Below are positions 1 through 8,876 of a DNA stretch of 37,133 nucleotides, piece by piece. The notes beneath the pieces were generated by a model. The model searched no databases. It was given only the letters and a program-made list of their open reading frames with translations, and was not told the DNA's origin. Location of the stretch: NCBI GenBank assembly GCA_964509165.1, contig CAZDWU010000004.1, forward strand, positions 6,525-43,657, given 5' to 3'. A program made the position numbers and the translations under genes. Position 1 is the stretch's first letter; every line of letters starts with the position of its first letter. This DNA comes from an uncultured Chthonomonas sp. GTDB lineage: Bacteria > Armatimonadota > Fimbriimonadia > Fimbriimonadales > Fimbriimonadaceae.

Positions 1-425
1 GGCTTCATCATCAAACCGGCGATGAGGACCCCGGCCGCCTGGGCCATGAGCAAAGTGGAGGGGTTGGAGTTGCGGAAGTTGGCCGAACTCACCAAGCCCG
101 CCGCAATGATCGGTGCCATCAAAACGGGATCGCTGCCGTGGCGCGTGGCCGCCCAAATGAGCGGAGCAAGGGTGAGGAAGCCGAAATTCTCGATTTGGCC
201 GGCATCCTGAAGCAAGATGGCCAGCACCACCCCATCCAGGCTGGCCGCCAGGCCGGATACCCCTCGGTTGCGCAATCCGCGTTGCTCCATCAAGTAGAGC
301 ATCACGGAATAGGCCCCAAAGAACAGCATGGCCCGCCAGGCCAAGTCCCACGTCGGACCCTGGCGCAATCCTGCGCTCGCAAGGCCGCCCGCCATGAGGA
401 TGAGTCGTCCAACCAGTTCAACCAT
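1..425 (-). CDS. Hypothetical multi-pass membrane protein (3' end runs off the window)
   Basis: Not in the ORF track. Manual translation from ATG 425 gives MVELVGRLILMAGGLASAGLRQGPTWDLAWRAMLFFGAYSVMLYLMEQRG..., open to the window edge with several hydrophobic segments. In-frame TGA just upstream fixes the start; TAAAGT lies 8 nt before it. Confidence 0.7.
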   Translation of the reverse strand, partial: MVELVGRLILMAGGLASAGLRQGPTWDLAWRAMLFFGAYSVMLYLMEQRGLRNRGVSGLAASLDGVVLAILLQDAGQIENFGFLTLAPLIWAATRHGSDPVLMAPIIAAGLVSSANFRNSNPSTLLMAQAAGVLIAGLMMK

Positions 426-550
426 GAGGTTTCACTTTAGGTTTTCGGCACAAAATCCTAGAACTGGAGAGGAGGTTTTGGGGATTGCTTAGGAATGGCG
501 CCACGGCTTCCCAAACCGGCCGGCCCTGCAAATTTTGCTATAACGATAAA

Positions 551-699
551 AAACCGGTCATACCCCCTATACAGGGGGGACCCTGATATCGGATAAAATG
601 AGGGTGCAACGTGAAACGCACGTCAGATGCGGGAGCAATGCGAGAATAAACAACCGTTGCCGGGCTCAGTAAGTCCTCTCCACTGTGTCCGGCTTTTTT
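551..699 (+). ncRNA. Candidate small RNA (structured, intrinsically terminated)
   Basis: Extended -10-like TGCTATAAC at 536-544; stems at 556-582, 606-611/655-660 and 616-631; terminator at 659-699. No plus-strand gene explains the terminator. The 5' end is an estimate. Confidence 0.4.
659..699 (+). terminator. Rho-independent terminator
   Basis: GCCGGGCTCAGT...ACTGTGTCCGGC stem followed by TTTTTT on the plus strand only. Confidence 0.7.
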
Positions 700-761
700 G
701 CGTCTCAAGGTTGCCCCAATGAGCTACCGACAGCTTTGAGACGACGCAAAGGCCCAATTGT

Positions 762-1631
762 TCACGCCGTTACAGGATTTTCGCCCCGACTCCACGCCCA
801 TAGCCTGGCTACGTTCACTTGGTGGTGGGTTTCGGCCTCTGGGGTTTCAACGATGAGGGGCGTTTCCGTCCATCGCGCGTCTTGGCACAGGCTGGCAAAG
901 GCCACCGGCCCGATCTCGCCTTCGCCCAGGTGCGCGTGCCGGTCCACTCGCTTACCCAGCGGCTTTTGGCTGTCGTTGACGTGAATAACCTTCACCCGCT
1001 CCGCCCCAATGCGCTGGTCCAGCTCGGCCATGGTCTTGGCATAGCCTTCCTCGGTGCGGATGTCATAGCCCGCCGCAAAGATGTGGCAGGTATCCACGCA
1101 CACTCCCAGTTGCGGGTGGCCATCGCAGGCATTCAGCAGCCACTCCAGGTGCTCAAACTTATAGTTGAGTGAGGAGCCCTGCCCGGCGGTGGTTTCCATG
1201 AGCAAGGTGACGCCGGCGGGGGCGTCGGCCAGGATCTGGCGGGCCGCCTCGGCCACCTTGGACAGGCCGACCTCCTCACCCTCGCCCATGTGGGCGCCCA
1301 TGTGGCTGATGACATAAGGGATACCCAGTTGCGCGCACCGCTCCAGCTCGCGCGCGAGGCCGCGCATGGATTTCTCCCGCTTCTCCTCGTCGGGGGCGGC
1401 CAGGTTGATGAGGTAGCTGTCGTGGCTGACGGTGAAAGGCGTCAGGTTCAGCTCTTCCGCCGTGGCCCGGAATTCGGTGGCCATCTCGTCGGTGATCGGC
1501 TTGGCCGCCCACTGCTGCGGGCTGCTGGTGAACACCTGCACGGCCGTGCACCCGATATCCACTCCGCGCCGCAGCGCGTCCGCCAGCCCTTTGCCCGTGG
1601 GCATGTGCGCTCCGATTCGTTTTGCCGCCAC
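762..1631 (-). CDS. nfo: Endonuclease IV (AP endonuclease)
   Basis: IGAH, HDSYLINLA, HMGAH, ETTAGQG, DTCHIFAAGYD, HVNDS, DRHAHLGEG and ETP motifs; GTG start with AAGGAG SD. Confidence 0.95.
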   Translation of the reverse strand: MAAKRIGAHMPTGKGLADALRRGVDIGCTAVQVFTSSPQQWAAKPITDEMATEFRATAEELNLTPFTVSHDSYLINLAAPDEEKREKSMRGLARELERCAQLGIPYVISHMGAHMGEGEEVGLSKVAEAARQILADAPAGVTLLMETTAGQGSSLNYKFEHLEWLLNACDGHPQLGVCVDTCHIFAAGYDIRTEEGYAKTMAELDQRIGAERVKVIHVNDSQKPLGKRVDRHAHLGEGEIGPVAFASLCQDARWTETPLIVETPEAETHHQVNVARLWAWSRGENPVTA

Positions 1632-1686
1632 TCTGGTACTCCTTCGGTTGAGGTTACCGCCCGGGTCGGGTAACTTCCCGCTTGGT

Positions 1687-3030
1687 ATGGGTCAGTATTT
1701 CGCCTGCTTCAAAGCGTATGACATCCGCGGGCAGGTGCCCAATGATTTGAACCCCGAGCTGGCCTACCGCGTGGGGCGCGCCTTTGCCGACGAAACCGGC
1801 GCCAAGAGCGTGTGCGTGGGCCACGACATTCGCCTGAGCGGGCCCGACCTGATGGACGCCCTGACCCGCGGCCTGGCGGATGCCGGGGTGGACGTGATTC
1901 AGCTCGGTCTGATCGGCACCGAGATGGTCTATTTCGCCACCGCGCACTACGGCTACGACGGCGGCGTGATGATTACGGCCAGCCACAACCCGCCGCAGGA
2001 CAACGGCATGAAGATGGTGCGCACCGAAAGCCGCCCCATTAGCAGCGACACCGGCCTGAACGAGATTGAGCGCCGCGCCCATGAGCAAAAGTGGGAACGC
2101 GAGGGCCAAGGCCAGGTGAGCCAGCGCGATGTCTACGACGACTTCATCCAGCACTTGCTGACCTTTGACGCCAACCACGAAATCAAGCCGCTCAAGGTGC
2201 TGGCCAGCCCGGGCAACGGTGCGGCCGGTGTGGCGATGGAGAAGCTGATGCCTCACATTCCGCTGCAGGTGGAGCGGATGATGTTCGAGCCGGATGGCCA
2301 CTTCCCCAATGGCGTACCCAACCCCATCCTGCCCGAATCCCGCGCCCAGATCGAAGCTCGACTCAAGGAAGGTGGATTTGACTTTGGGGTGGCCTGGGAT
2401 GGCGACTACGACCGCTGCTTCTTCCTCACCGAGGACGGCACTTTCATCGAGGGTTACTATATTGTGGGGTTGCTGGCCAAGGCGATCTTGCAAGACAACC
2501 CCGGGGCGGCGATTGTTTATGACCCGCGCCTGACCTGGAACACGCTCGACATCGTGGCGGAAGCCGGCGGCCGCGCCGTGCTGTGCAAGAGCGGGCACGC
2601 TTTCATTAAGGAAAAGATGCGTGCCGAGAACGCAGTGTACGGCGGCGAAATGAGCGCGCACCACTACTTCCGCGACCACTGGTATTGCGATAGCGGCATG
2701 ATTCCGCTGATGCTGGTGGCCAAGCTGGTGAGCGTGACCGGGCAGAGCCTGGGGGCCCTGGTGGCCGACATGATGGCCAAGTACCCCTGCAGCGGCGAGA
2801 TCAACAGCACGGTGGCGGACGTGAAAGAAGTGCTGGCCCGGGTGCAAGCCCAGTACGCCGACGGCGAGCTGGACACCACCGATGGCATCAGCATCAGCTA
2901 CCCGAATTGGCGCTTTAACCTCCGAGGTTCGAACACCGAGCCGGTGATCCGTTTGAACGTGGAGAGCCGGGGCGACGAGGCCCTGATGCGCGCTAAGACG
3001 GACGAAGTTCTGCAATTGGTGCGGCAGTAG
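1687..3030 (+). CDS. manB: Phosphomannomutase/phosphoglucomutase (ManB/CpsG-like)
   Basis: FKAYDIRG, TASHNP (phospho-Ser), DGDYDR, GEMSAH and RGSNTEP motifs; start moved to ATG 1687. Confidence 0.9.
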   Translation: MGQYFACFKAYDIRGQVPNDLNPELAYRVGRAFADETGAKSVCVGHDIRLSGPDLMDALTRGLADAGVDVIQLGLIGTEMVYFATAHYGYDGGVMITASHNPPQDNGMKMVRTESRPISSDTGLNEIERRAHEQKWEREGQGQVSQRDVYDDFIQHLLTFDANHEIKPLKVLASPGNGAAGVAMEKLMPHIPLQVERMMFEPDGHFPNGVPNPILPESRAQIEARLKEGGFDFGVAWDGDYDRCFFLTEDGTFIEGYYIVGLLAKAILQDNPGAAIVYDPRLTWNTLDIVAEAGGRAVLCKSGHAFIKEKMRAENAVYGGEMSAHHYFRDHWYCDSGMIPLMLVAKLVSVTGQSLGALVADMMAKYPCSGEINSTVADVKEVLARVQAQYADGELDTTDGISISYPNWRFNLRGSNTEPVIRLNVESRGDEALMRAKTDEVLQLVRQ

Positions 3031-3073
3031 GTCCTATTTTTAGACCTAATTTTTACCAGGGTGCCCGAAATGA

Positions 3074-3102
3074 TTGACCTGGTGAGCGCGTTTTGTAATA
3101 AT
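3074..3102 (+). promoter_or_regulatory. Sigma70-type promoter of the SLH-porin gene
   Basis: TTGACC-17 bp-AATAAT with TG extension, followed by the hairpin ACCTGG-GAAA-CCAGGT at 3109-3124. Confidence 0.55.
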
Positions 3103-3265
3103 GGGGATACCTGGGAAACCAGGTGACATCACGCGCAGGACGCGCGACCACAACTGCGACGGTTGCTGGGGCACAAGGAACTTGAGGAAAGATGTGCTTA
3201 AGGTCAATCGAAACGCACGAGCGGTCTAGTTGTTCGGCAAATGGTGTCCCTTTTGGAGAAACCAA

Positions 3266-5152
3266 ATGAACAAAATGATCAAGTTCGCCCTGACGGCGGT
3301 GCTCGGTGCGGGTCTCATCGTGCCGGCCCTCGCGCAGGACAACTTCCCGGACGTTCCGGACAATCACTGGGCTTTTGAAGCTCTGTCGAACCTGAAGGGC
3401 AGCGTGCTCTTCGGTTACCCGGATGGCCTCTATCGCGGCAACCGACCGACGACCCGCTACGAATTCGCGGTGGCGCTGAACCAGCTCTACATGCGCATGA
3501 TGGGTGTGGTCGAAGGTATGGAAGGCAAGATCTCTGATCTTGAGCGCATGATCGGCCAGAACCAAGGTGGCGACAACAGCGACCTCCGCACCGCCCTCGA
3601 AGCGCTGAAGCGCGACGTGGACGGCATGAAGGCCTGGCGCTCCGACATCGAAAACTTCAAGCGACTGAGCACCGAGTTCGAAAAGGAACTCGCCAGCCTC
3701 GGCGTGGACGTTGACAAGCTGCAATCCGACGTGGCCTCGCTCGATGAGCGCGTGCGACGACTGGAAAACGGCGGCGCCAGCGTGAAGATCGGTGGTGACG
3801 TCAACTTCCTGATCCTCGGTGGTCACAGCAACGACGGAGACTTTGGTCTGACGCAAGACGGTCGCCCGACGGGCGTCGGCAACCTGGGCAACCCGGTTGG
3901 CGTGACCCGCGACCTCAGCGTGCTGCACGAACTCGGCCTGAGCCTCAGCGGCAAGGTTGATGACAACACCTCCTTCAAGGGAACGCTGGTCTTCGGTGAC
4001 ACGTTCGCTGCGCTTGGTGGTCTGAACACTCGCAACGCCGGTGCTCCGTTCAACAACGGTGGCAACGCCAGCGACATGTACATCTACAACCTCTCCGCCA
4101 ACTTCAACAGCGCCCTGGCCGGTCAAGGCTTCAACGCTGAAGTGGGTCGTGTGGGTCACCAAGTTGGTAAGTACCTGTGGAAGCGCAACGACTTCACGCC
4201 GTACTACGCCAACGAGCGATGGGACAATGGCAACTTCATCTTCGACGGTGCGATCCTCGGCTTCAACTTCGGTGAAGCGAAGGTCAACCTGTTCGGTGGT
4301 AAGAACAGCCAGCGCAACACGGTCAATGCGAACGACCTGAACAGCATCGGTCTGAACCTGGGCAACCCGGCCGCCGTGGTGGACACCACCCTCGGTCTGC
4401 AAGCCATGTTCGGTCTGGGTGACAACGGCAAGCTCAACCTCGCCTACCTCATCCACGACAGCGATGTGAACCCGACCACCAACGGTGGCGTGAACCGCCT
4501 GAGCGTCTACGGTGCCGAAGCTGACTTCAACTTCAGCGGCCTGGCCGTCTCCGGTAAGTACAGCCAGTCCGTGGCTGGTCGCGGCGACACGAGCGTCATC
4601 GACAGCGACAACTCGGCGTTCGAAGTCGGCCTTGGCTACAAGGTCAGCAACTTCAACCTGATGGGTGGTTACCGCCGCGTGGAAACGAACTTCCTCGCTG
4701 CTGGTGCCTGGGATCGCATCGGTACGGTTTGGAACCCGCGCAACATCGAAGGCTTCTTCGCTGGCGTGAACTTCAAGCCGTCGAACGACCTGAGCGTCTA
4801 CGTGAAGGGTCAATTCATGGAGCCGGTGCAAGCCGGTGCCGCCGGCAACCCGCTGGTGTCCGCCAACGATGACGTGACCGCCTTCAAGGTTGGTCTCGAC
4901 TACAAGCTGGCCTCCAACTGGGGCTTCAAGGCTTCGTACGAAGATGTCCGCTGGAACTACTCCGCCGGCACCGACCCGAACCAGCGATGGTTCCACGTCG
5001 GCTTCGACTACGGTCTGGGCGCCAACAGCAACGTGGCCATCGGCTACCTCTACAGCGATGTCGACTTCAAGGGTCGCCAAGCCGCCTTCGGCTTCGGTAA
5101 CAATCGCTACCGCGGTGGTCTGATCACCACCCAGCTCTCCGTCAAGTTCTAA
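3266..5152 (+). CDS. SLH-domain outer-membrane beta-barrel protein (OmpM/SlpA-like)
   Basis: Signal peptide (..ALA/QD), SLH motif FPDVPDNHWA..GYPDG..TRYEFA, coiled coil, Gly/Asn/aromatic-rich beta region, C-terminal Phe (LSVKF); GGAG SD; strong codon bias. Confidence 0.85.
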   Translation: MNKMIKFALTAVLGAGLIVPALAQDNFPDVPDNHWAFEALSNLKGSVLFGYPDGLYRGNRPTTRYEFAVALNQLYMRMMGVVEGMEGKISDLERMIGQNQGGDNSDLRTALEALKRDVDGMKAWRSDIENFKRLSTEFEKELASLGVDVDKLQSDVASLDERVRRLENGGASVKIGGDVNFLILGGHSNDGDFGLTQDGRPTGVGNLGNPVGVTRDLSVLHELGLSLSGKVDDNTSFKGTLVFGDTFAALGGLNTRNAGAPFNNGGNASDMYIYNLSANFNSALAGQGFNAEVGRVGHQVGKYLWKRNDFTPYYANERWDNGNFIFDGAILGFNFGEAKVNLFGGKNSQRNTVNANDLNSIGLNLGNPAAVVDTTLGLQAMFGLGDNGKLNLAYLIHDSDVNPTTNGGVNRLSVYGAEADFNFSGLAVSGKYSQSVAGRGDTSVIDSDNSAFEVGLGYKVSNFNLMGGYRRVETNFLAAGAWDRIGTVWNPRNIEGFFAGVNFKPSNDLSVYVKGQFMEPVQAGAAGNPLVSANDDVTAFKVGLDYKLASNWGFKASYEDVRWNYSAGTDPNQRWFHVGFDYGLGANSNVAIGYLYSDVDFKGRQAAFGFGNNRYRGGLITTQLSVKF

Positions 5153-5174
5153 ACGAACTTCCGGAAAGCAAGAG

Positions 5175-5205
5175 AGGCCTCCATCCTTCGGGATGGGGGC
5201 CTTTT
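5175..5205 (+). terminator. Rho-independent terminator
   Basis: AGGCCTCCATCC-TTCG-GGATGGGGGCCT followed by T-rich sequence. Confidence 0.85.
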
Positions 5206-5263
5206 CCTTGCCTTCCGCATCGAATGGGCAAACCCATACCCTCCCTGGTTCGTCTAAAGAAGT

Positions 5264-5698
5264 GTGAAACGAACTTGGAAAGTCTCTGGCCTCGCATTGG
5301 CCGCCGTCCTTCTCCTGTCCACGGGCGCCCAGGGGCAAGTCCGCCAAATCATCAAGATTCTGGGCGTTGGCGCCGCCGTCAAGCAGTTTGCGCCGGAAAT
5401 CAACCGCGCCTTCAACGGCCTCACCGGACACCGGGACACCAACGCTCGTTACAGCAAGGTGGTCCCCATCATCAGTATTGGGATCAACACCCGCGACGCC
5501 ATCGGTGCCGCCCAGGTGATGGGCACCAAGACGCAAGTGGACAAGGTGCAGGCCGTGGCCTCGCCCGAGGCTGAATTCCTGGGTGAAGTCCGCATCCGCG
5601 CCCTCATCCCAGTGGATTCGGTCAACATCACCAACCCCAAGGAGATCCAGGGGGTGCCCGGCGTGGGTGTTTCCGGGATTGTGGACCTGAAACTGTAA
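5264..5698 (+). CDS. Hypothetical secreted protein
   Basis: N-terminal signal peptide (..AQG/Q); GC3-rich coding pattern; fills the gap between flanking genes. Confidence 0.75.
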   Translation: MKRTWKVSGLALAAVLLLSTGAQGQVRQIIKILGVGAAVKQFAPEINRAFNGLTGHRDTNARYSKVVPIISIGINTRDAIGAAQVMGTKTQVDKVQAVASPEAEFLGEVRIRALIPVDSVNITNPKEIQGVPGVGVSGIVDLKL

Positions 5699-5732
5699 CC
5701 AATTCGGCATCAAAACAGGTATCCCCTGTTTG

Positions 5733-8700
5733 ATGAGTTTCAGTATTCGCTCCGCAATGGCACTCGCCCTGGTGACGGTGGCGGGTGCCTCGTTTGCGCA
5801 AGGCATCCTGAGGACCCAAGATCCGGCGCTCTCGCCCGATGGGCAAACGATTGTCTTTAGCTGGCAGGGCGATTTGTGGTCAGTGCCGGCGGCCGGGGGT
5901 CATGCCACCCGACTCACCGTCCACGGGGCCGACGAGACCTTCCCCGTGTGGGCGCCCGATGGCAAGTCCATCACCTTCGCTAGCAACCGCTTTGGCAATC
6001 TCGACCTCTTCCGTATGGCGCCGGATGGCAGCGGCCTTACGCGCCTAAGCTGGGAAAGCAGCGACGAATACCCCACCGCCATCAGCGCGGATGGCTCCGT
6101 GGTTTATGGCTACACCAACGCCTTTGGCCGCCTGAATGTGTTCTCCCTGCGCGCCGGGGGCGACCTGGTGCCGCATACCACCCACTTCCTTGAGATGTTC
6201 TACAACCCCTCACCGGGGCCGGAGGGCAAGGTCTACATGGCGGGCGGCGGCAGTGCTGGCCACTGGCGCAAGCCGGGCCACAGCGGGGCCAACACCAGCG
6301 AGATCTGGGTGGCCGATGGCATTGCGCCGTTCCGCAACTTTAAGAAACTCACCACCAATGAGGCAGTAGACAACTTCCCGGTCTACAGCACGGGTCGCGT
6401 GTTCTTTGTCAGCAACCGCTCCGGCGCACCCAACGTGTGGGCGATGAATGCCGATGGCAGCCAGCCGCGCATGCTCACCAATTTTAGCGATGGCACCATC
6501 CGGTTCCTCTCGGTGAGTGCCGACGGCAAGACGGCGGCCTTCCAAAAGGACAGTGCTATCTGGACGCTGAAGACCGAATCGCGCACCGCCGCCCCGCTGA
6601 ACATCACGGCCCCGGCCGATAGCCGTCGCGATCCCTACGTCACCAAAACCATCACCACCGGCTTTAGTGGCTGGTCGGTGTCGCCCAACGGCAAGTGGGG
6701 CGTCGTGGTCGCCGGGGGCGACCTGTTCCTGACCACCGAACGTGGTGGGGCCACCCGGCGCCTGACCACCAACGTGCGCCCGGATACACGCCCGACCTGG
6801 TTGGATGACGACCGTATCCTCTACAACGAGGTCACCGATCAAGGTCGCCGCCGCCTGAACGTGGTGACGCGCGATGGCCAAATCTCTACCTGGTACGAGG
6901 AAGCGGGCGAAGACCTCACCGGCCACAGCCTCTCGCCGGATGGCAAGACCGTCGTGTTCGTGCGCGGCCTGCGTTACCTGTGCGCCCGCCCGGTGGAGGG
7001 CGGCGAAACCAAGGTGCTGAGCGAAGGCAACTACCTGGAAGGGGTGTTTGGCGGCCAGCCGTACACCTGGTCCCCCGATGGCCAATACCTGGCTGTAAGC
7101 CTGACCCGCCAACGCGGCGTGGAGCTCCAGCTGGTGCCGCTGAAGGGCGGGAGCCCGGTGGTGGTGGGGGCCATTGGCAAGGAAGCCGGCACCCCGGCGT
7201 TCTCCGCCGACGGCAAGTACCTCGTGTTCTCCGCTGTGGAGGGCAACAACTACAGCGAAATTCGCAACGGCATCACGACGCTGGAAGCCTTTCGCCTGGT
7301 GCCCGAGCCGGTGACCTTCGATGAGGATGCTCTGGAAGGCGAGGCCGCCCGCACCGAAGCCGCTCCGGTCCAGGTGAAGGTGGAGCCGAACGGCTTGCGC
7401 CAGCGCCGCCGAGTGCTCTTGCCTGAAGGTGCGCAGGGTTACACTCCGCACCCCACCGCCAACTTTGTGTGGGGCAATGTGGATGGCCAGTTCAGCGCCA
7501 TCAACATCGAGCGCGGCGGGGTGACCCCTGTGGCCGGTATCACCGGTCCGGCCTCGGTGGCTTTTGTCACCAAGACCAAGGCGTACGTGAGCCAAGCTGG
7601 CCGCCTGCTGGCCATTAATCTGGCCAATGGCGCCGTCTCGCCCATCAGCGTGAGCTGCGAGCAGCGGGTGGACCAAGCCGCCGAAGAGCAAGCCCTCTTT
7701 GAGGAGATTTGGTGGACGATGGCGCGGGGCTACTACGACCGCAACTTCCACGGCAAGGACTGGGATGGCATCCGCCGCGAGTATGAGCCGAAGGTGAAGC
7801 ACGCGACCAGCCGCGCCGACTTCTACGCCCTGATGGGCGAGATGATGGAGCGTCTGGACAGCAGCCACCTGGGGGCCACGGCCCCGCGTGATCCGGCCGC
7901 CCCCATGGGCGAGCGCACCAACACGGCCTGGCTGGGGGTCAATTTTGAACCCGCCGGTCTGGTAGCACGCCGCTACATTGTGGATTCGGTGATGCCGGGC
8001 TCCCCGGCCAGCCACCCGGATATGGAGCTCATGAAGGGTGACCGCATCGTGAGCGTGAACGGCACGGCCCTTGGCGGCGACATGACCCTGGCGCAGCTAC
8101 TGGATGGCCGCACCGGCCGCAAGGTGATGCTGAAGGTGGAGCGCGGAGGCCGCACGGTGGATGTGGCGATTAAGCCCGCCAGCCGCGCCCTGATGAACGG
8201 CCTGGCTTACGACGCCTGGGTGCAGTGGAGTAAGCGCGAGGTGGATCGGTTAAGCAACGGTCGCCTGGGCTATATCCATATCGAAGGTATGGATGAGCCG
8301 AGCCTGGCCACCTTCCTCACCGAGATCCAAACTGATCTGAATGGCAAGGAGGGCCTGGTGGTGGATGTCCGCTTTAACGGCGGTGGCTACACCAGCCACA
8401 TCATCCTCAACATCATGCGCAAGGAGCCGTGGCTGATCCGCACCAACCCGGATTCGCCGCTGCGCTTCAGCGAGAACAACTACCGAGGCAATGCCCTGGA
8501 GATGCCCGCCGTGGCCATGACGAACCAGTATTCGTTTAGCAACGCGGAGATTTTCTCCGAAGGCTTCCAGGCGATGAAGCTCGGTCCGGTCGTTGGTGAG
8601 CGCACCGGGGGCGGGGTGATCGGGACGTACTCCATGTCGATGTGGGACGGTGGCTCGATTCGCATGCCGGCGAGCGGGGCCTACACCGTGGATATGGAGA

Positions 8701-8822
8701 ACCTGGAGCGCAATGGCCGCCGCCCGACGGTGGAAGTGCTCTACGACCCCAACATGTGGCTGCAAGGCCGCGATGCACAGCTCGAACGAGCGGTGCAGGA
8801 ACTGCTGAAGCGCCTGAACTAG
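5733..8822 (+). CDS. Tricorn-like S41 family peptidase with PD40/TolB-like propellers and PDZ domain
   Basis: Signal peptide, repeated SPDG/WAPDG motifs, SSHLG, PDZ (GSPA..GDRIVSVNG), DVRFNGGG, catalytic SFSNAE, GERTGGG. Confidence 0.9.
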   Translation: MSFSIRSAMALALVTVAGASFAQGILRTQDPALSPDGQTIVFSWQGDLWSVPAAGGHATRLTVHGADETFPVWAPDGKSITFASNRFGNLDLFRMAPDGSGLTRLSWESSDEYPTAISADGSVVYGYTNAFGRLNVFSLRAGGDLVPHTTHFLEMFYNPSPGPEGKVYMAGGGSAGHWRKPGHSGANTSEIWVADGIAPFRNFKKLTTNEAVDNFPVYSTGRVFFVSNRSGAPNVWAMNADGSQPRMLTNFSDGTIRFLSVSADGKTAAFQKDSAIWTLKTESRTAAPLNITAPADSRRDPYVTKTITTGFSGWSVSPNGKWGVVVAGGDLFLTTERGGATRRLTTNVRPDTRPTWLDDDRILYNEVTDQGRRRLNVVTRDGQISTWYEEAGEDLTGHSLSPDGKTVVFVRGLRYLCARPVEGGETKVLSEGNYLEGVFGGQPYTWSPDGQYLAVSLTRQRGVELQLVPLKGGSPVVVGAIGKEAGTPAFSADGKYLVFSAVEGNNYSEIRNGITTLEAFRLVPEPVTFDEDALEGEAARTEAAPVQVKVEPNGLRQRRRVLLPEGAQGYTPHPTANFVWGNVDGQFSAINIERGGVTPVAGITGPASVAFVTKTKAYVSQAGRLLAINLANGAVSPISVSCEQRVDQAAEEQALFEEIWWTMARGYYDRNFHGKDWDGIRREYEPKVKHATSRADFYALMGEMMERLDSSHLGATAPRDPAAPMGERTNTAWLGVNFEPAGLVARRYIVDSVMPGSPASHPDMELMKGDRIVSVNGTALGGDMTLAQLLDGRTGRKVMLKVERGGRTVDVAIKPASRALMNGLAYDAWVQWSKREVDRLSNGRLGYIHIEGMDEPSLATFLTEIQTDLNGKEGLVVDVRFNGGGYTSHIILNIMRKEPWLIRTNPDSPLRFSENNYRGNALEMPAVAMTNQYSFSNAEIFSEGFQAMKLGPVVGERTGGGVIGTYSMSMWDGGSIRMPASGAYTVDMENLERNGRRPTVEVLYDPNMWLQGRDAQLERAVQELLKRLN

Positions 8823-8876
8823 TCCTTGGTGAGAGGCTGTAATGACTCTGCTTGCCCCTTGGGGTGGGCGGGGTCT

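Noticed and set aside
561-580. TACCCCCTATACAGGGGGGA as a CsoR/RcnR-type operator
   Set aside because: Resembles the C/G-tract operators, but no metal-homeostasis gene is recognisable nearby, and it is equally explained as an RNA hairpin
600-660. Riboswitch, 6S, SRP or hammerhead identity for the intergenic RNA
   Set aside because: I could not match the consensus cores by eye, and there is no downstream same-strand gene for a riboswitch to control
1432-1686. N-terminal extensions in the ORF track for manB (also phrB, nanE, rpsN, rpmJ, rpoA, truA, ccmA, ccmB)
   Set aside because: They overlap neighbouring genes or leaders; homology motifs and SD/-10 signals support the downstream starts
1654-3015. 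453-aa antisense ORF, and similar ones at 6210-8015, 11367-12869, 15270-16385, 18543-19994, 24476-25558, 26510-27913 and 34521-35909
   Set aside because: Each lies opposite a clearly identified gene; expected stop-poor frames in high-GC DNA
3053-5806. 917-aa minus-strand ORF
   Set aside because: Antisense shadow of the strongly codon-biased porin and its neighbours; crosses a terminator and has no recognisable motifs
8847-8876. Terminator between the tricorn protease and phrB
   Set aside because: Stem depends on many G-U pairs and has a weak U-tract; too uncertain to list
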